Below are positions 25,552 to 39,022 of a DNA stretch of 64,000 nt, in pieces. This DNA comes from Octopus vulgaris (Eukaryota). The stretch is from positions 51,956,001 through 52,020,000 of the forward strand of contig OX597818.1 of assembly GCA_951406725.2 (NCBI GenBank), read 5' to 3'. The position numbers were made by a program, and so were the translations under genes. Numbering within the stretch: the stretch's first letter is position 1; the number at the start of each line of letters is the position of its first letter. The notes beneath the pieces were generated by a model that saw nothing but the letters and a program-made list of their open reading frames with translations, ran no database searches and was not told where the DNA came from.

Positions 25552-26089
25552 CAATCAGACAACATATAAGTGCCATATATACAATAAACACGTGATAGAT
25601 GACGTGTAAATTTACTGTCGTCACTTTGTTCCACCATTAATTCTATAAGAAATTACAGATTGAGAAAACTGACGACTCTCTCGTGGACACTTTAAGGGTG
25701 TGAGTATCACCTCACCCTTGTGTACAAATTTCGGATATCTTTTGCCTGGTTAGAAGCATTGCCAGTTCAAAATAACTGGTTCAGAGTTCGAGTATTGCTT
25801 GTTTGTAGAGTTCTGTCTTTCAGTTGTTGTCATGTATAGTTCTGATCCGGTAATCAACCGAGGCCATCTCCCTGTTCTTTTCGTTTGACCGGGAAGAGCT
25901 GACAGTTACCTTTTACTTCATGGCTATGGTGAAATGGTTCTAGAGTGGACAAAACAATCTTCAAAGAAAGTTTTGTTGCCCAGCTATTATCTATTTATTT
26001 ACTCTTTTTTACTCTTTACTCTTTAACTTGTTTCAGTCATTTGACTGCGGCTATGCTGACAAGCAAATCTGTGGTAGTGAGCAGAATAT

Positions 26090-26700
26090 TTACCCCTTGT
26101 GGGTAGTAAAGAAATAGGTATTTCGTCTGCCGCTACGTTCTGAGTTCAGATTCCGCCGAGGTCGACTTTGCCTTTCATCCTTTCGGGGTCGATAAATTAA
26201 GTACCAGTTACGCACTGTGGTCGATGTAATTGACTTAATCCATTTGTCTGTCCTTTTTTGTCCCATCTGTGTGTAGCCCCTTGTGGGCAGTAAAGAAATA
26301 AGAAACGTTAGCACGCTGGGTGAAATGGTTAGTGGTATTTCGTCTGCTGCTACGTTCTGAGTTCAAATTCCGCCGAGGTCGACTTTGCCTTTCATTCTTT
26401 CGAGGTCGATTAAATAAGTATCAGTTACGCACTTGGGTCTATATAATCGACTTAATCCGTTTGTCTGTCCTTGTTTTCCCCCTCTGTGTGTAGCCCCTTG
26501 TGGGCAGTAAAGAAAATGGTATTTCGTCTGCCGCTACGTTCTGAGTTCAAATTTCGCCGAGGTCGATTTTTGCCTTTCATCCTTTCGGGGTTGATTAAAT
26601 AAGTACCAGTTACACACTGGGTTCGATATAATCGACTTAATCTGTTTGTCTTTCCTTGTTTGTCCACTCTGTGTGTAGTCCCTTGTGGGCAGTAAATAAA
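26090..26700 (+). mobile_element. Tandem array of SINE family B (3+ units)
   Basis: Repeated GGTATTTCGTCTGC..GTAAAGAAATA units. Confidence 0.85.
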
Positions 26701-27259
26701 TGATATATTTAATCACTATAAACAAATCATTTGTGCAAGTCGATCAGCGAAAATTGAACTCCCATACGTCGTCTTCGACTGGAGATTCCTTCAAATATAT
26801 ATAATATCTTGCAGACGTTCTTCCTGGGTTGTTTTTTTTTTTGTTTTTGTTTTTTTCATGAAACTCTGTCGAATTCTGGAATTCTTACAAATTTGATTAA
26901 TCCTTTTCTCATCATGTTCAAGACACTACTAATGATTGGAAATGTTGATACATATACATCACTTTTATTCGTTTCAAATATCACTAGACGTTCCAGCTAA
27001 ATATATGGAACTGTCTTTTATTTAGACTTATTCATAGTTCTTTAAATCAAATCGATCACCGAAAAAAAAAAAAAAGAGAAGAAAAATAAAGAAGAGAAAA
27101 AAATCAGTACAAAGTACAAGAAATATCGACCTGGAAATGTCCGCTGATGGAGTCAGTGTTGTATAATAGTAATTTTTTTTTTTTATATGAGTTCTGTCTT
27201 GTGTGTTTTGTGGTCGTAAATTCTCCCACCAGGAATTATTGGTTTCAAAGTCCAGCAAT

Positions 27260-27650
27260 TTCGGTGAAGAGAGTAAGTCGATTACATCAACCCCAGTGCT
27301 CAGCTGGTACTTATTTTATCGACCCCAAAAGGGTGAAAGGCAAAGTTGACCTCGGCGGAATTTAAACTCAGAGCGTAAAAACGAGCGAAACATTTTTTCC
27401 TGGCTTGCTAACGTTTCTTATTTCTTTATTGCCCACAAGGGGCTAAACATAGAGGGTACAAACAAGGACAGACAAACGGATTAAGTCGATTACATCGACC
27501 CCAGTGCGTAACTGGTACTTAATTTATCGACCTCGAAAGGATGAAAGGCAAAGTCGACCTCGGCGGAATTTGAACTCAGAACGTAACGGCAGGCGAAATA
27601 CGGTTACGCATTTCGCCCGGCGTGCTAACGATTCTACCAGAACGCCGCAT
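27260..27650 (-). mobile_element. Tandem SINE family B
   Basis: One full unit plus one diverged unit. Confidence 0.8.
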
Positions 27651-27847
27651 TACCTGGACTTATTACCCTGGTCAAAAACATCTTGGTTGCAGTGATACCA
27701 ACTATTGCTATTACCTAATTTGCGTATGCTACATTCAAATAAGATTTAGTTTTTTTCTCTGTAAGGTCTAGATTTTTTGCAGTTACGGTTTTTTTTTAAT
27801 ATATTTTACTACTTTCGAAAATTTCTCGAGATATGATGTAATCCTTA

Positions 27848-28058
27848 TTCTTTTACTCTTTTACTTGTTTCAGTCATTTGACTGTGGCCATGCTGGAGCA
27901 CCGCCTTTAGTCGAGCAAATCTATCCCAGGACTTATTCTTTGTAAGCCTAGTACTTATTCTATGGGTCCCTTTTGCCGAACCGCTAAGTTATGGGGACGT
28001 AAACACACCAGTATCGGTTACCAAGCGATGTTGGAGGGACAAACACAGACATACAAAC

Positions 28059-28091
<33 letters not shown>

Positions 28092-28255
28092 AACGCATAT
28101 ACACGATGGACTTCTTTCAGTTTCCGTCTACCAAATCCACTCACAAGGCTTTGGTCGGCCCGAGGCTATTGCCCAAGGTGCCACGCAGTAGGAGTGAACC
28201 TGAAACCATGTGATTCGTAAGCAAGCTTCTTACCACACAGCCACTCCTTCGCCTA
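27848..28255 (-). mobile_element. SINE family A
   Basis: Match to family A. Confidence 0.9.
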
Positions 28256-28439
28256 TGTTTCCTTGTTATACTATTTTCTTGTTATACTATCTTCAAACTA
28301 GGTGGAAAAGAGCAAATATCTATGCATTGAGATTCTAACCTTATTCTTATATACGAGTTAAAACACTATAATAAGAATTAAGCTATAAAAGTAACATTCC
28401 TTATTCCGATACTGGGTAAAAATAAATGATATCATACTG

Positions 28440-30730
28440 CAGTTGTTTTCGTCATCTGCTTTTCAGTTGAAAATATATATCAAATACAAATGATAGGTAT
28501 TTATAGTTGAGAAATTTATTTGAATGGAAGATAAAGCATAAATAGATTTTATTCAGGCCAAAATTTGCGCTTGAAGCTCTTGCGTTCGTAGACTTTCTCA
28601 GGGAAATTTTGTTTAATTCTCCACCAGCAGTCTGCTATCATGTTTTTGTCCCTTCGCCCTTCATAACGCTCCTCTATGGTTTTGAGATCTTACATCTTCA
28701 CTTACATCTCCAAGGTTTTCAGGGAATTGACCGAGCTGACTTTGAAGGAAATAGAGTTTAACGCTCATGTTACACCTAAGACCATGGAAAGCTGACAGTA
28801 TATTATTTACAGGAATAAGGCGGCGAGCTGGCAGAAACGATAGCACGCTGGGTGAAATGCTTTGTAGTATTTCGTCTGACGCTGCGTTCTGAGTTCAAAT
28901 TCCGCCGAAGTCGACTTTGCTTTTCATCCTTTCGGGGTCGATAAATTAAGTACCAGTTACGCACTGGGGTCGATGTAATCGACTTAATCCGTTTGTCTGT
29001 CCTTGTGTGTCCTCTCTGTGTTTAGCCCCTTGTGGGCAGTAAAGAAATAAGTATATTATTTACAGTCATCTGCTTTTCTCTTTCCAAGAAAATCTTGCTA
29101 CGAATGACAGCCATGCTGCTCTTTCCTTGTCATTCATCTTTCCAACAAATTCCTCATGACGTACAAGGTCTGAGGTCTGTCAAACACACTTGTTCTGATC
29201 TACCCGAATGACAAACCAAGAAATGCAGGGACTATATGTTGAAAACATTCACCATCAGTATTCATTGCCTTAGTGAATTGCTTCATAAAGCCTAGCTTTA
29301 AATGGAGGGGTGAGAAAATAATCTTTCCCCGGTTGACAATTGGATCGTTCACCATATTTGGCATTCCTGCTTCCAGAGTCTTACGAATGGGTCACTTCTT
29401 CAGAATCCAGTGTTTCTTTCGAGCTCGGCTGTCCCACATGCAGAGATAGCAAGAATACTTTGTGAAACCTCTCTGTCGTCCGAGAAGGAAATTGACCATT
29501 TCAAATCTACATAATTGGTCTAGATGTGCTCATGATATTTTAGTTGGTCAATAACCATTTTTATGTCACTGTATTCTTCTTACAAGTACACTGAGTGACC
29601 AATTGTGACATTTCATAAACATTGCCATTGCATGAGAGAACACACTTTAGACAGCACTTAGAATTATCTACAAATGGTTGCCAGTCAGTTGAACTGTACG
29701 AGGGAATTCCCAATTCCTGGAGAAGACCAAGAATGTTGTGAAAGTAAACAAATGGTTTCTTTGAAAAAGAAAAAATGACACAAAAATCTGGTCGCGTTTT
29801 CGCAAATAAGAAAGTTTTGTAGCTTGTCAAGATGTTTTTCTTGCAGCCTGGATGCTAAAAACTGCAGCTGCAGTCTTTGGAGAGTCCCAAATCACGCACT
29901 AAATCGTTCAGTTCTGTTTCACTAAACTGTTGAGGAATAGATTTTTCGGCACCATAAAAGGATCTTGGAATTATGAAGTAATTTCTTGATCTTCGTTATC
30001 ATCCTCGTACTCTTGTTTGCTAGCTTCATCTTCAGAAGAGGTAAACCCAAGGAAAACTAGAATCGAGAGCATCGATTTTTATCGTCTTTGCAGACATTCT
30101 TCTCGCAGTTTCCTCAATTTTATACTGCACCACCACTGTGGCATACTTATAACCTCTTGCGAGGAATACTATTTCTTCTTCTGTTGTTCTTAAGGCCTCC
30201 TCTATCGTTTCCATGTTTATTATTAAGTCTAATTGCAAAAGGAATATTGGAATAAGATATTTTACGCCTATTTTTCTTGCCAATACATTCTGTGTCACCT
30301 GTGTGGCTCTTGGGCTCTCGCCAAACCACAGGAACTCCAAATGACAGGCCCTTTAGTTTTTCTTTTGTCCACAAAGCATTTCCTCTCAGTTATGACGCAT
30401 AACATGAAAGGCCCATTTAGTTTTTTGTCTTGATCACCGTCTCACAAACATTTTGATATTGCGCCTTTGATGAATAAGTGTGAAGGAGCTACGGGCATAG
30501 CAGAAGCCATCAGGATTATTCACGCACATACGTCTTCTTGAAGAAGCCATGATCTGGAAAAAAAAACCCCACACAATTATCAATTCTTTGTAAGTAGGAT
30601 ATGTGTATCTCAATATAAATGTATAAACAGTTAATGTTCAATTTGCAAAAAAAAACAAAAAAAACTAGAGCATGAAGAACAAAACCGATTACAGATTTGA
30701 AATTAGCCCAAAATAGACAGAATAAAAAAA
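28440..30730 (-). pseudogene. Decayed Chapaev3-like (CMC) DNA transposon; transposase from ATG 30550 to about 28560
   Basis: MASSRRRMCVNNPDGFCY, FGVPVVWREPKSH, DWQPFVDNSKCCLKCVL.CNGN, GFTKYSCYLCMWDSRAR, PLHLKLGFMKQF, CNMSVK..FPENLGDVS, MIADCWW; frameshifted. Superfamily name is from motif recall. Confidence 0.7.
28813..29049 (+). mobile_element. SINE family B inserted in the transposase, 16-bp TSD
   Basis: AGTATATTATTTACAG at 28797-28812 and 29050-29065. Confidence 0.9.
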
Positions 30731-30752
30731 AAACCGCTATGCAATATCTATA

Positions 30753-30980
30753 TATTTCTTTACTACCCACAAGGGGCTAAACACAGAGAGGACAAACAAG
30801 GACAGACAAACGGATTAAGTCGATTACATCGACCCGAGTGCGTAACTGGTACTTAATTTATCGACCCCGAAAGGAAGAAAGGCAAAGTCGACCTCGGCGG
30901 AATTTGAACTCGGAACGTAACGACAGACGAAATACGGCTACGCATTTCGCCCGGCGTGCTAACGTTTCTGCCAGCTCGCC
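30753..30980 (-). mobile_element. SINE family B with 19-bp TSD
   Basis: CCGCTATGCAATATCTATA at 30734-30752 and 30981-30999. Confidence 0.9.
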
Positions 30981-31049
30981 CCGCTATGCAATATCTATAC
31001 TTAAATTATGAGAATCGATGTAGCTACGATCAATCAGCGTACCGTGTGA

Positions 31050-31501
31050 GGGCTCTGCATTTGTCAGGTGTTTGTCTCTCTGTTTCAATATCTCTTGTCT
31101 TAGAGAACTATTGATTCATTTTCCTTCGTCTTATTTGGTCGAATGTGGATTCAGTGCAGTTGACAATTTGCTGAAAGCCAAGAGGAACCGGCTTGAAATT
31201 ACAAAACGTGGCGATTTACGACTGAAGTTAACGAAATCGTCTCCTACAATCAAGGATCTGTGCAGTTTGCACCAGGCACAGGGTTCTCACTAAATGAGTT
31301 GATATATCCGTCAGCCAGGTAACTGAATTAAAAATCGTGTTTCTATATCAAAAAAAAAGGAAGAAAACAATGTTGATTGGCATCAGATTTTTTGTCATTA
31401 AAAAGTGAGACATTGGAAAATCTGTTATTAAAATGTGGGGCAGTACCGGAAATTTTCTATTAAAAAGTGGAGCTCCAGAAAAAATGGTTTGGGAAACACT
31501 G
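31050..31501 (+). pseudogene. hAT (Buster/Charlie-type) transposon 3' end
   Basis: FPSSYLVECGFSAV..KRNRLEITKRGDLRLKLT..HQAQGSH*; terminal GTTTGGGAAACACTG followed by GTCTAAAT (NNNTANNN-type site). Confidence 0.85.
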
Positions 31502-31935
31502 GTCTAAATTCAAGTTCTGAAACTTTTGAGTAAGGTACAAGTCGATCTCAGTCTGTGGGTCATACAAATGCTAGGATTTTCTTGGTTTCAATCTGTAGAT
31601 ATTTCTTTGATCTATAAGGAGAAGAATTTCGGCGGTTCCCAGTGGTTTTCTGGTTTCCGTCGCCCCAGTGGTTCCCGTCGCCTAAAGGGACAAGATTAAC
31701 ATCGTTCAAAACCTAAATGCACTCAAATTACAATACAAATGGAAGTGTTATCAAGGAACTTGAATCCAAAGGTCTCATGCATTATAAATCCCCGACCTTT
31801 GCCATTTAATCCACCATTGGTACTAACTATGCAGATCACCCTTGGAACGTTGGAGGCAATATTGTTCATAATATATTCTTCATAAAGAAATTATTTTGAA
31901 TCATATTGTCATTATTGTTACTATTTGAATGGTGT

Positions 31936-32540
31936 GAGGCGGCGAGCTAGCAGAATCGTTAGCACACCGGGCGAAATGCGTAGCCGTATTTCGTCTGCCG
32001 CTACGTTCTGAGTTCAAATTCCGCCAAGGTCGACTTTGCCTTTCATCCTTTCGGGGTCGATAAATTAAGTACCAGTTACGCACTGGAGTCGATGCAATCG
32101 ACTTAATCCGTTTGTCTGTCCTTGTTTGTCCTCTCTGTGTTTAGCCCCATGTGGGTAGTAAAGAAATAGAAATAGGTATTTCGTCTACCGCTACGTTCTG
32201 AGTTCAAATTCCGCCGAGGTCGACTTTGCCTTTCATCCTTTCGGGGTCGATAAATCAAGCACCAGTTACGCACTGGGATCGATATAATCGACTTACTCCC
32301 TTTTTCTGTCCTTGTTTGTCCCCTCTGAGGACAGTAAAGAAATAAGAATCGTTGGTACGCCGGGCGAAATACTTAGCAGTACTTCGTCTGCCGCTATGTT
32401 CTGAGTTCAAATTCCGCCGAGGTCGACTTTGCCTTTAAATCTTTCGGGGTCGATTAGATAAGTACCAGTTATACACTGAGGTCGATGCAATCGACTTAAC
32501 CCCCTCCCCCAAGTTTACCTTTGTGGCAAAAATCATTATT
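31936..32540 (+). mobile_element. Tandem trimer of SINE family B
   Basis: Three head-to-tail units. Confidence 0.85.
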
Positions 32541-32897
32541 TGAAATCATTATTATAGCGAATAGAAAATATATAGAACTTTTTTAAAAAAAGAATTTAAA
32601 TAAAAATAAATAAATGAATACAGAAAAAAATTCATGAAAATTATTTAGTTACATTGAAGTGTATAACTGAATAAAAGAGTTACTTAGAAGTGAATATCAG
32701 TTCTCAAAATGCCGTTCCTTTGCTTATTATTTTTGTATTAAAAAACTAAAAGCTGTTGTTGGAACGTTTGTTTTATTAAGTAATTTATTAAATAAATACA
32801 CTTGAAATACGAAATATGATGAGATAAGAAAAAATAATAGTGTTTTATATTAAACGCAGCAATAGCAATATGTGCCGAAGATAAAGAAGGAGAGAAA

Positions 32898-32988
<91 letters not shown>

Positions 32989-33030
32989 TATTGCTCAAGA
33001 TAAAGAAGGAGGGAAATGTATGTGTGTGTA

Positions 33031-33075
<45 letters not shown>

Positions 33076-33148
33076 AATTGAATGTGAGCATGTATGTGTG
33101 CGTGCATAAATGTATGTATGTATATGTTTAAATAAGTACATGTAGGTG

Positions 33149-33194
<46 letters not shown>

Positions 33195-33360
33195 CATATA
33201 TAAACATATATGTATATATATATGCACGTATGTATATGCAAAATGTGTGTTTGTGCGTGTATGTGTATGTGTATGCCTCTGTGTTTGTGTGTGTGCATAT
33301 GAATGGATACATGTATGTGTATGCATACATATATATCTATATCTATATCTATATATATAT

Positions 33361-33404
<44 letters not shown>

Positions 33405-33879
33405 TTTACATTATATCACACAACAGGTATGCTTGCGCGTGCGTGTGTGTATGTCTGTGTGTTTGTGTGAGTGTAATATTGTGTTTACCACATATTATAG
33501 AATACACCGAAAGAATGAGAATAATAAAAATGGTCAGAGAAAAATATATAATTAAAGAAAGAGAAAGTGAAAGAGAAACCCTCCCACTTCTTACCCGCCC
33601 CGCACTTCTTATACGTCTGATGTCAAGGGTGTATTCTTAGCCGTGTGGTTAGGAAGTTTGTTAAGCAATCCGTAGTCCCTGTTTCGATTCTACTGCCCTA
33701 TATTTTCGACAAATATTTTCTATCATATTTTCGGTTCTCCCCAAGCCTTGTGATTGGATTGGCGGATATCGTGCGGATGATTTTTTAATGAATTTTATCG
33801 GTTCTCAGGTGCTATTTATTTAATATGTCTCTCGGGTTAACAACACAACCGGGACCTTAAGGTCGCTGATCTAAAGATC

Positions 33880-34092
33880 CTAAGCTCCACGCGGCTCCGG
33901 CAGAAGATAATGGCGAACTTCTGCTGACCCTTTCGCCACAACTTTCTCTCACACATTCCTCCTGCATCTTGCAGCTCACCTGCGACGGACCGGCATCCCG
34001 TCCAGGTGGGGAACCTATACGCCAAGGAAACCGGGAAACCGGCCCTTATGAGCCCTTATGAACCAGGCATGGCTCGAGAAGGAACAAACAAA
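33880..34092 (+). mobile_element. SINE 3' part with V-domain-like segment
   Basis: CCTGCGACGGACCGGCATCCCGTCCAGG; upstream part matches the body of 35328-35830. Confidence 0.55.
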
Positions 34093-34227
34093 GATGAAGT
34101 ATTTGTGTCAAATGCTGATATGGGTACCCAAGCGCGGAAATCGACCTAGAACATCTATGAACCAACTGGGTGAAGACTCTGGTCAACTGAAGAGCAATAT
34201 ATCAAGTGCATTGCAGGAGAGATTCTG

Positions 34228-34330
34228 TGGAGGCACATGGCCTAGTGGTTAGAGCAGCGGGCTCGCCGTCGAGGGATCGCGGGTTCGAATCTCAGACCGG
34301 GCGATGTGTGTGTTTTTCGCTCATAAACAC
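34228..34330 (+). mobile_element. tRNA-derived SINE head (family C)
   Basis: TGGCCTAGTGG A box, GGTTCGAATC B box; same head as 35328. Confidence 0.7.
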
Positions 34331-34517
34331 ACACATCTTTGCTACAAAAGCAGTGTCCATAAAATCACAATCCAGTCTTCTTTTCTTTGCAAGATTACTA
34401 CAAAGTACCTAATTTTTTGTATAGGACTGCCATTTGATGTTAAGTGCTAAACACAACATAAAAAAGAAATCTGTTGAAATACGTTATCTTTATTTCAGAT
34501 AATTTTGAATATAATGA

Positions 34518-34922
34518 AGGCGCAGGAGTGGCTGTGTGGTAAGTAGCTTGCTTACCAGCCACATGGCTCCGGGTTCAGTCCCACTGCGTGGCACCTTGGG
34601 CAAGTGTCTTCTACTATAGCCTCGGGCCGACCAAAGCCTTGTGAGTGGATTTGGTAGACGGAAACTGGAAGAAGCTCGTCGTATATATGTATATGTATAT
34701 GTATATATATATGTGTTTGTGTGTTTGTGTGTCTGTGTTTGTCCCCCCAACCGATGTTGAAGTGTTTACGTCCCCGTAAGCTAGCGGTTCGGCAAAAGAG
34801 GCCGATAGAATAAGTACTAGGCTTACAAAGAATAAGTCCTGGGGTCGATTTGCTCGACTAAAGGCGGTGCTCCAGCATGGCCGCAGTCAAATGACTGAAA
34901 CAAGTATAAAGAGTAAAAGAGT
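34518..34922 (+). mobile_element. SINE family A
   Basis: Full-length match. Confidence 0.9.
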
Positions 34923-35327
34923 ATTTAGTAAAACAACTTTGTAATTAAATAAGCTGGTGTTTTGATCATAAGTTAACATAATTAATTAACATAAATTAAG
35001 AGATGGGAGGTTTTAATCTAAATCCCTTTAAAACGGGAAGTTTGCATCATAGGACTAGTGGCAGTCTCGTGTGAGTTGGTATCATAAGGATTAAGATATG
35101 AACAAGCAGATCTCAGAAATTGTGAGTTTCCTGGCTTTTCTAATTTGTTGACAGCGTGACAGATGTCAGATGTAAAATGGAAGTCTCTGAGGATCTGACC
35201 ATAGAGCCACATTGCGAACGAGAATCATCAGGCTTTTGGTGAGGTGGCAATATAGGTGTTGGTTTATATGGTCATTTTTTGTCCTGACGTCATTCTCGGT
35301 TTTTATGAAATGTATTAGATGCATAGT

Positions 35328-35835
35328 GGAGGCGCAATGGCCCAGTGGTTAAGGCAGCGGACTCGCGGTCGAAGGATCGCGGTTTCGATTCCCAGACCGG
35401 ACATTGTGAGTGTTTATTGAGCGAAAACACCTAAAGTTCCACGAGGCTCTGGCAGGGGGTGGTGGTGAACCCTGCTGTACTCTTTCACCACAACTTTCTC
35501 TCACTCTTTCTTCCTGTTTCTGTTGTACCTGTATTTCAAAGGGCCAGCCTTGTCACACTCGGTACCACTCTGAATCTCCTCGAGAACTACGTTAAGGGTA
35601 CACGTGTCTGTGGAGTGCTCAACCACTTGCACGTTAACAAATGTGCTGCGACGTCACAGGTGCCAAGCTGTATCGGCCTTTGCCTTTCCCTTGGACAACA
35701 TCGGTGGCGTGGAGAGGGGAGGCTGGTATGCGTGGGCGACTGCTGGCCTTCCATAAACAACCTTGCTCAGACTTGTGCCTCGGAGGGTAACTTTCTAGGT
35801 GCAATTCCATGGTCATTCGTGACCGAAGGAGGTCA
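35328..35835 (+). mobile_element. SINE family C (tRNA head) with a 3' half shared with family D
   Basis: TGGCCCAGTGG / GTTTCGATTCCC boxes; 35645-35830 matches the reverse complement of 42075-42268. Confidence 0.8.
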
Positions 35836-36165
35836 CACACACATTGGATGCATATGACCGTGTTTTAAGATTTCTCTTTTATAACAACCTACCGGCTTCA
35901 GTACATTGGACAACATAGTTCCTGAGATACAAAACGAACGAATACTTACTATTGGAACATTTTTCATAACAGATCGACTCGAGACACAACAAATACTTTG
36001 ACATTTCTTCTGTCTTATTCATACTTGATTCAAAAGTCATAAATGTTTGCATCAAATTGTTTAAAGAATGCTTAGCTGTGACTTCTAGAAGATTGAATAA
36101 CCTGAAGTCCTTGTTTCTTTGTTTCGTGAAAATTTCTATCTTTGATACGATGGTATAGTTGATTA

Positions 36166-36270
36166 TAGGCGACGAGCTGGCAGAAACGTTAGCATGCCGG
36201 GCGAAATGCTTAGCGGTATTTCGTTTGCCGTTACGTTCTGAGTTCAAATTCCGCCGAAGTCGACTTTGGC
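36166..36270 (+). mobile_element. SINE family B 5' part
   Basis: Head match. Confidence 0.8.
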
Positions 36271-37589
36271 TATCATTCCCCCGGAATTGAAAGAATATCT
36301 ATCAAGCACTGGAGGTAGATAGTCCCAAACTTTTGCTTATCATGTCTCTGAAATTGGAAATATAAGAAACATCTAGCAAGCGCTAGATGTTTCTTACTTT
36401 TCTTAATTTTATTAGTTCCCAGTGTTTCATAGATATTTTTATTTATCAATTCTGGAAACATAACAGGCAAAAATCGACCCCGTCGTTAATATTCGAACTC
36501 AAAGCGGAAGGGAATCAAACTTAATATCACTAGGTATTAATCCAACACTCTTTCAATGCTAATAATCCACTTCCTTTGTTATTTTAAATAAATAAATATT
36601 GAAGACAACTTCCAAGATATGTGATGGCCAACAACTTTAAACTGTAGCCTTAATATCTCATGGGTGAAATCTCATTTTGTTGTTATCATATCTTCCTTCA
36701 CGTGATTATTCTAAAGTATCAGAACTTAGCTATACCCTGCATCCGGGCAATACAAAAGTTTAAATTTCGAGTTAATAGAGCATATGAAGGAGATAAGTTT
36801 AATCTCTCAGTATGAACGACAAAGTAGAAAATATATTAAGAAACAAAACTTATGAAATACTGAAAATATAAAAATTAATATAAAATGTTAACATATTCAG
36901 CAACCCACCTCCTTTTCTTATTCTCTTTTCAATACGAGCAAACACACATTTAAATAAACAATAGTCTTGATGCAGACTTTGTGTGGACGCATATAAACAC
37001 ACACGTTATCATACTCAGGGAGACAAGACACAACTAATATTTTAACATTTCTTCTGTCTTATTCATTCTCGATTCAAAATTCATAAATGTTTGCATCGAA
37101 TTGTTTATAGAGAAATCTTAAACACGGCCATATACATCCAATACATTTCATAAAAACATTGTTCCTAGCTGGGATTAAATTATATATTAGTAGAAGGCAA
37201 TAAATGGCCATCTGTAACTTTTGTTTCGTAAATTTACTATTGATTCTAACATGACAGAATCAATTTTGAAGCGTCACAATTTTGAGCGTTAGTTATAGTT
37301 GTAAAACAGACAGACATATTTATATTATATTTCAAAATGGCCGATGAACATTTATAGTTAGGAGGGAAGAGAGAGACTAATGTTTAGCGTCTGCCATAGA
37401 AAATAGCTTGTATACCATAAGCAATTTTAGATCGTTGAATATTGATTTTGTTTGAGGCAATAGAATTTTATTCATAACAAAAACAAGTAAAATTAAATAC
37501 GTAAATAAATACTAAATAAATAAATGCACATACATATGTATGTAAGCCTGTACACACACACACACACACACACATAAATATGTCTCTGT

Positions 37590-37812
<223 letters not shown>

Positions 37813-38184
37813 TATATTCACACATACACATATGTATATAGGTATGTATGTATATATAAACTCACATACGAATAAAACGATATTTATGATTATATAAAAT
37901 AGATAACGCTTGTTTGGAATTTTCGTTTGAAGATATGATGTAGATGTTTCCTTGTAATCTTTTAAAACACCAATGATTGAATTCTGTTTTTCTTTTTGAA
38001 AACTTTTATTCTTTTATTCTATTATTTTTATTTTCATTTTTGAATGAAAGGTAAAGCGAAATACGAATACAAATAAAATAAACCATGTTTATTTGATTAA
38101 GCTGTTGTACTTTTAGATGTCTGATGTTACAGCTATCTACCGCAGCAACAGCAACTTCTAACAAGAATTGTATAAATTCTAGCA

Positions 38185-38261
<77 letters not shown>

Positions 38262-38313
38262 ACTGTCTGTCTGTCTGTGTATATATGTATGTATGTATCT
38301 ATTATTTATCTAA

Positions 38314-38354
<41 letters not shown>

Positions 38355-38817
38355 CTTTATATATTTATATGGATACTTACATACATACATGCACACACAC
38401 AAATATATATATACATACGTATACATGTATGTATATATATATCTATATATGTATGTGTGAGTGTATGTATGTGTATGTAAACGGATATATGTATATACAT
38501 GTATGCGTGTCTGTATATATGTGTGTCTATGTGTGTAAATATGTATGTGTGTATGTATGTATATAATCATAGCCTTAACACGTCGCCCGGTGTACCCTCC
38601 CCTTAACTACCTGGCCCTTGTTTGCCTTTAGCAGAGTTCACTTTGCTGGAAGTATCCTAACAACACCCTCATCTTCCTCATTTCACCTCCCCACCCATGT
38701 TTTTCTTTTAATTTTTTCTTTTTCCCCTATTGAAATTGACTTCAAGATGGAATCGATCTTCCAAGTGTGTGGGAGCCTGGAAACGGCGTGGGCTCTTTTC
38801 TGACTAAATTGTTTAAA

Positions 38818-38820
38818 ATG

Positions 38821-38915
<95 letters not shown>

Positions 38916-38927
38916 AAGAAGAAGAAG

Positions 38928-38960
<33 letters not shown>

Positions 38961-38964
38961 AATG

Positions 38965-39004
<40 letters not shown>

Positions 39005-39022
39005 TAATAATAATAATAATGA
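38818..39022. repeat. Compound trinucleotide microsatellite (ATA)n(AGA)n(ACA)n(ATA)n
   Basis: Direct reading; further (CTT)n and (CAT)n tracts at 39680-40120. Confidence 0.95.

Noticed and set aside
25680-25960. Possible LINE endonuclease N-terminus on minus strand
   Set aside because: Too decayed to support; only a vague motif resemblance
26090-26700. Regularly spaced repeats resembling a CRISPR array
   Set aside because: Units are 170-230-bp SINE B copies with no unique spacers; eukaryotic context, no cas genes
34228-34302. tRNA-like sequences at SINE heads (also 35328 and 42435)
   Set aside because: No proper acceptor stem and they continue into SINE bodies; not tRNA genes
36363-36396. 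15-bp-arm hairpin resembling an intrinsic terminator
   Set aside because: Eukaryotic non-coding context; isolated small palindrome with no supporting feature
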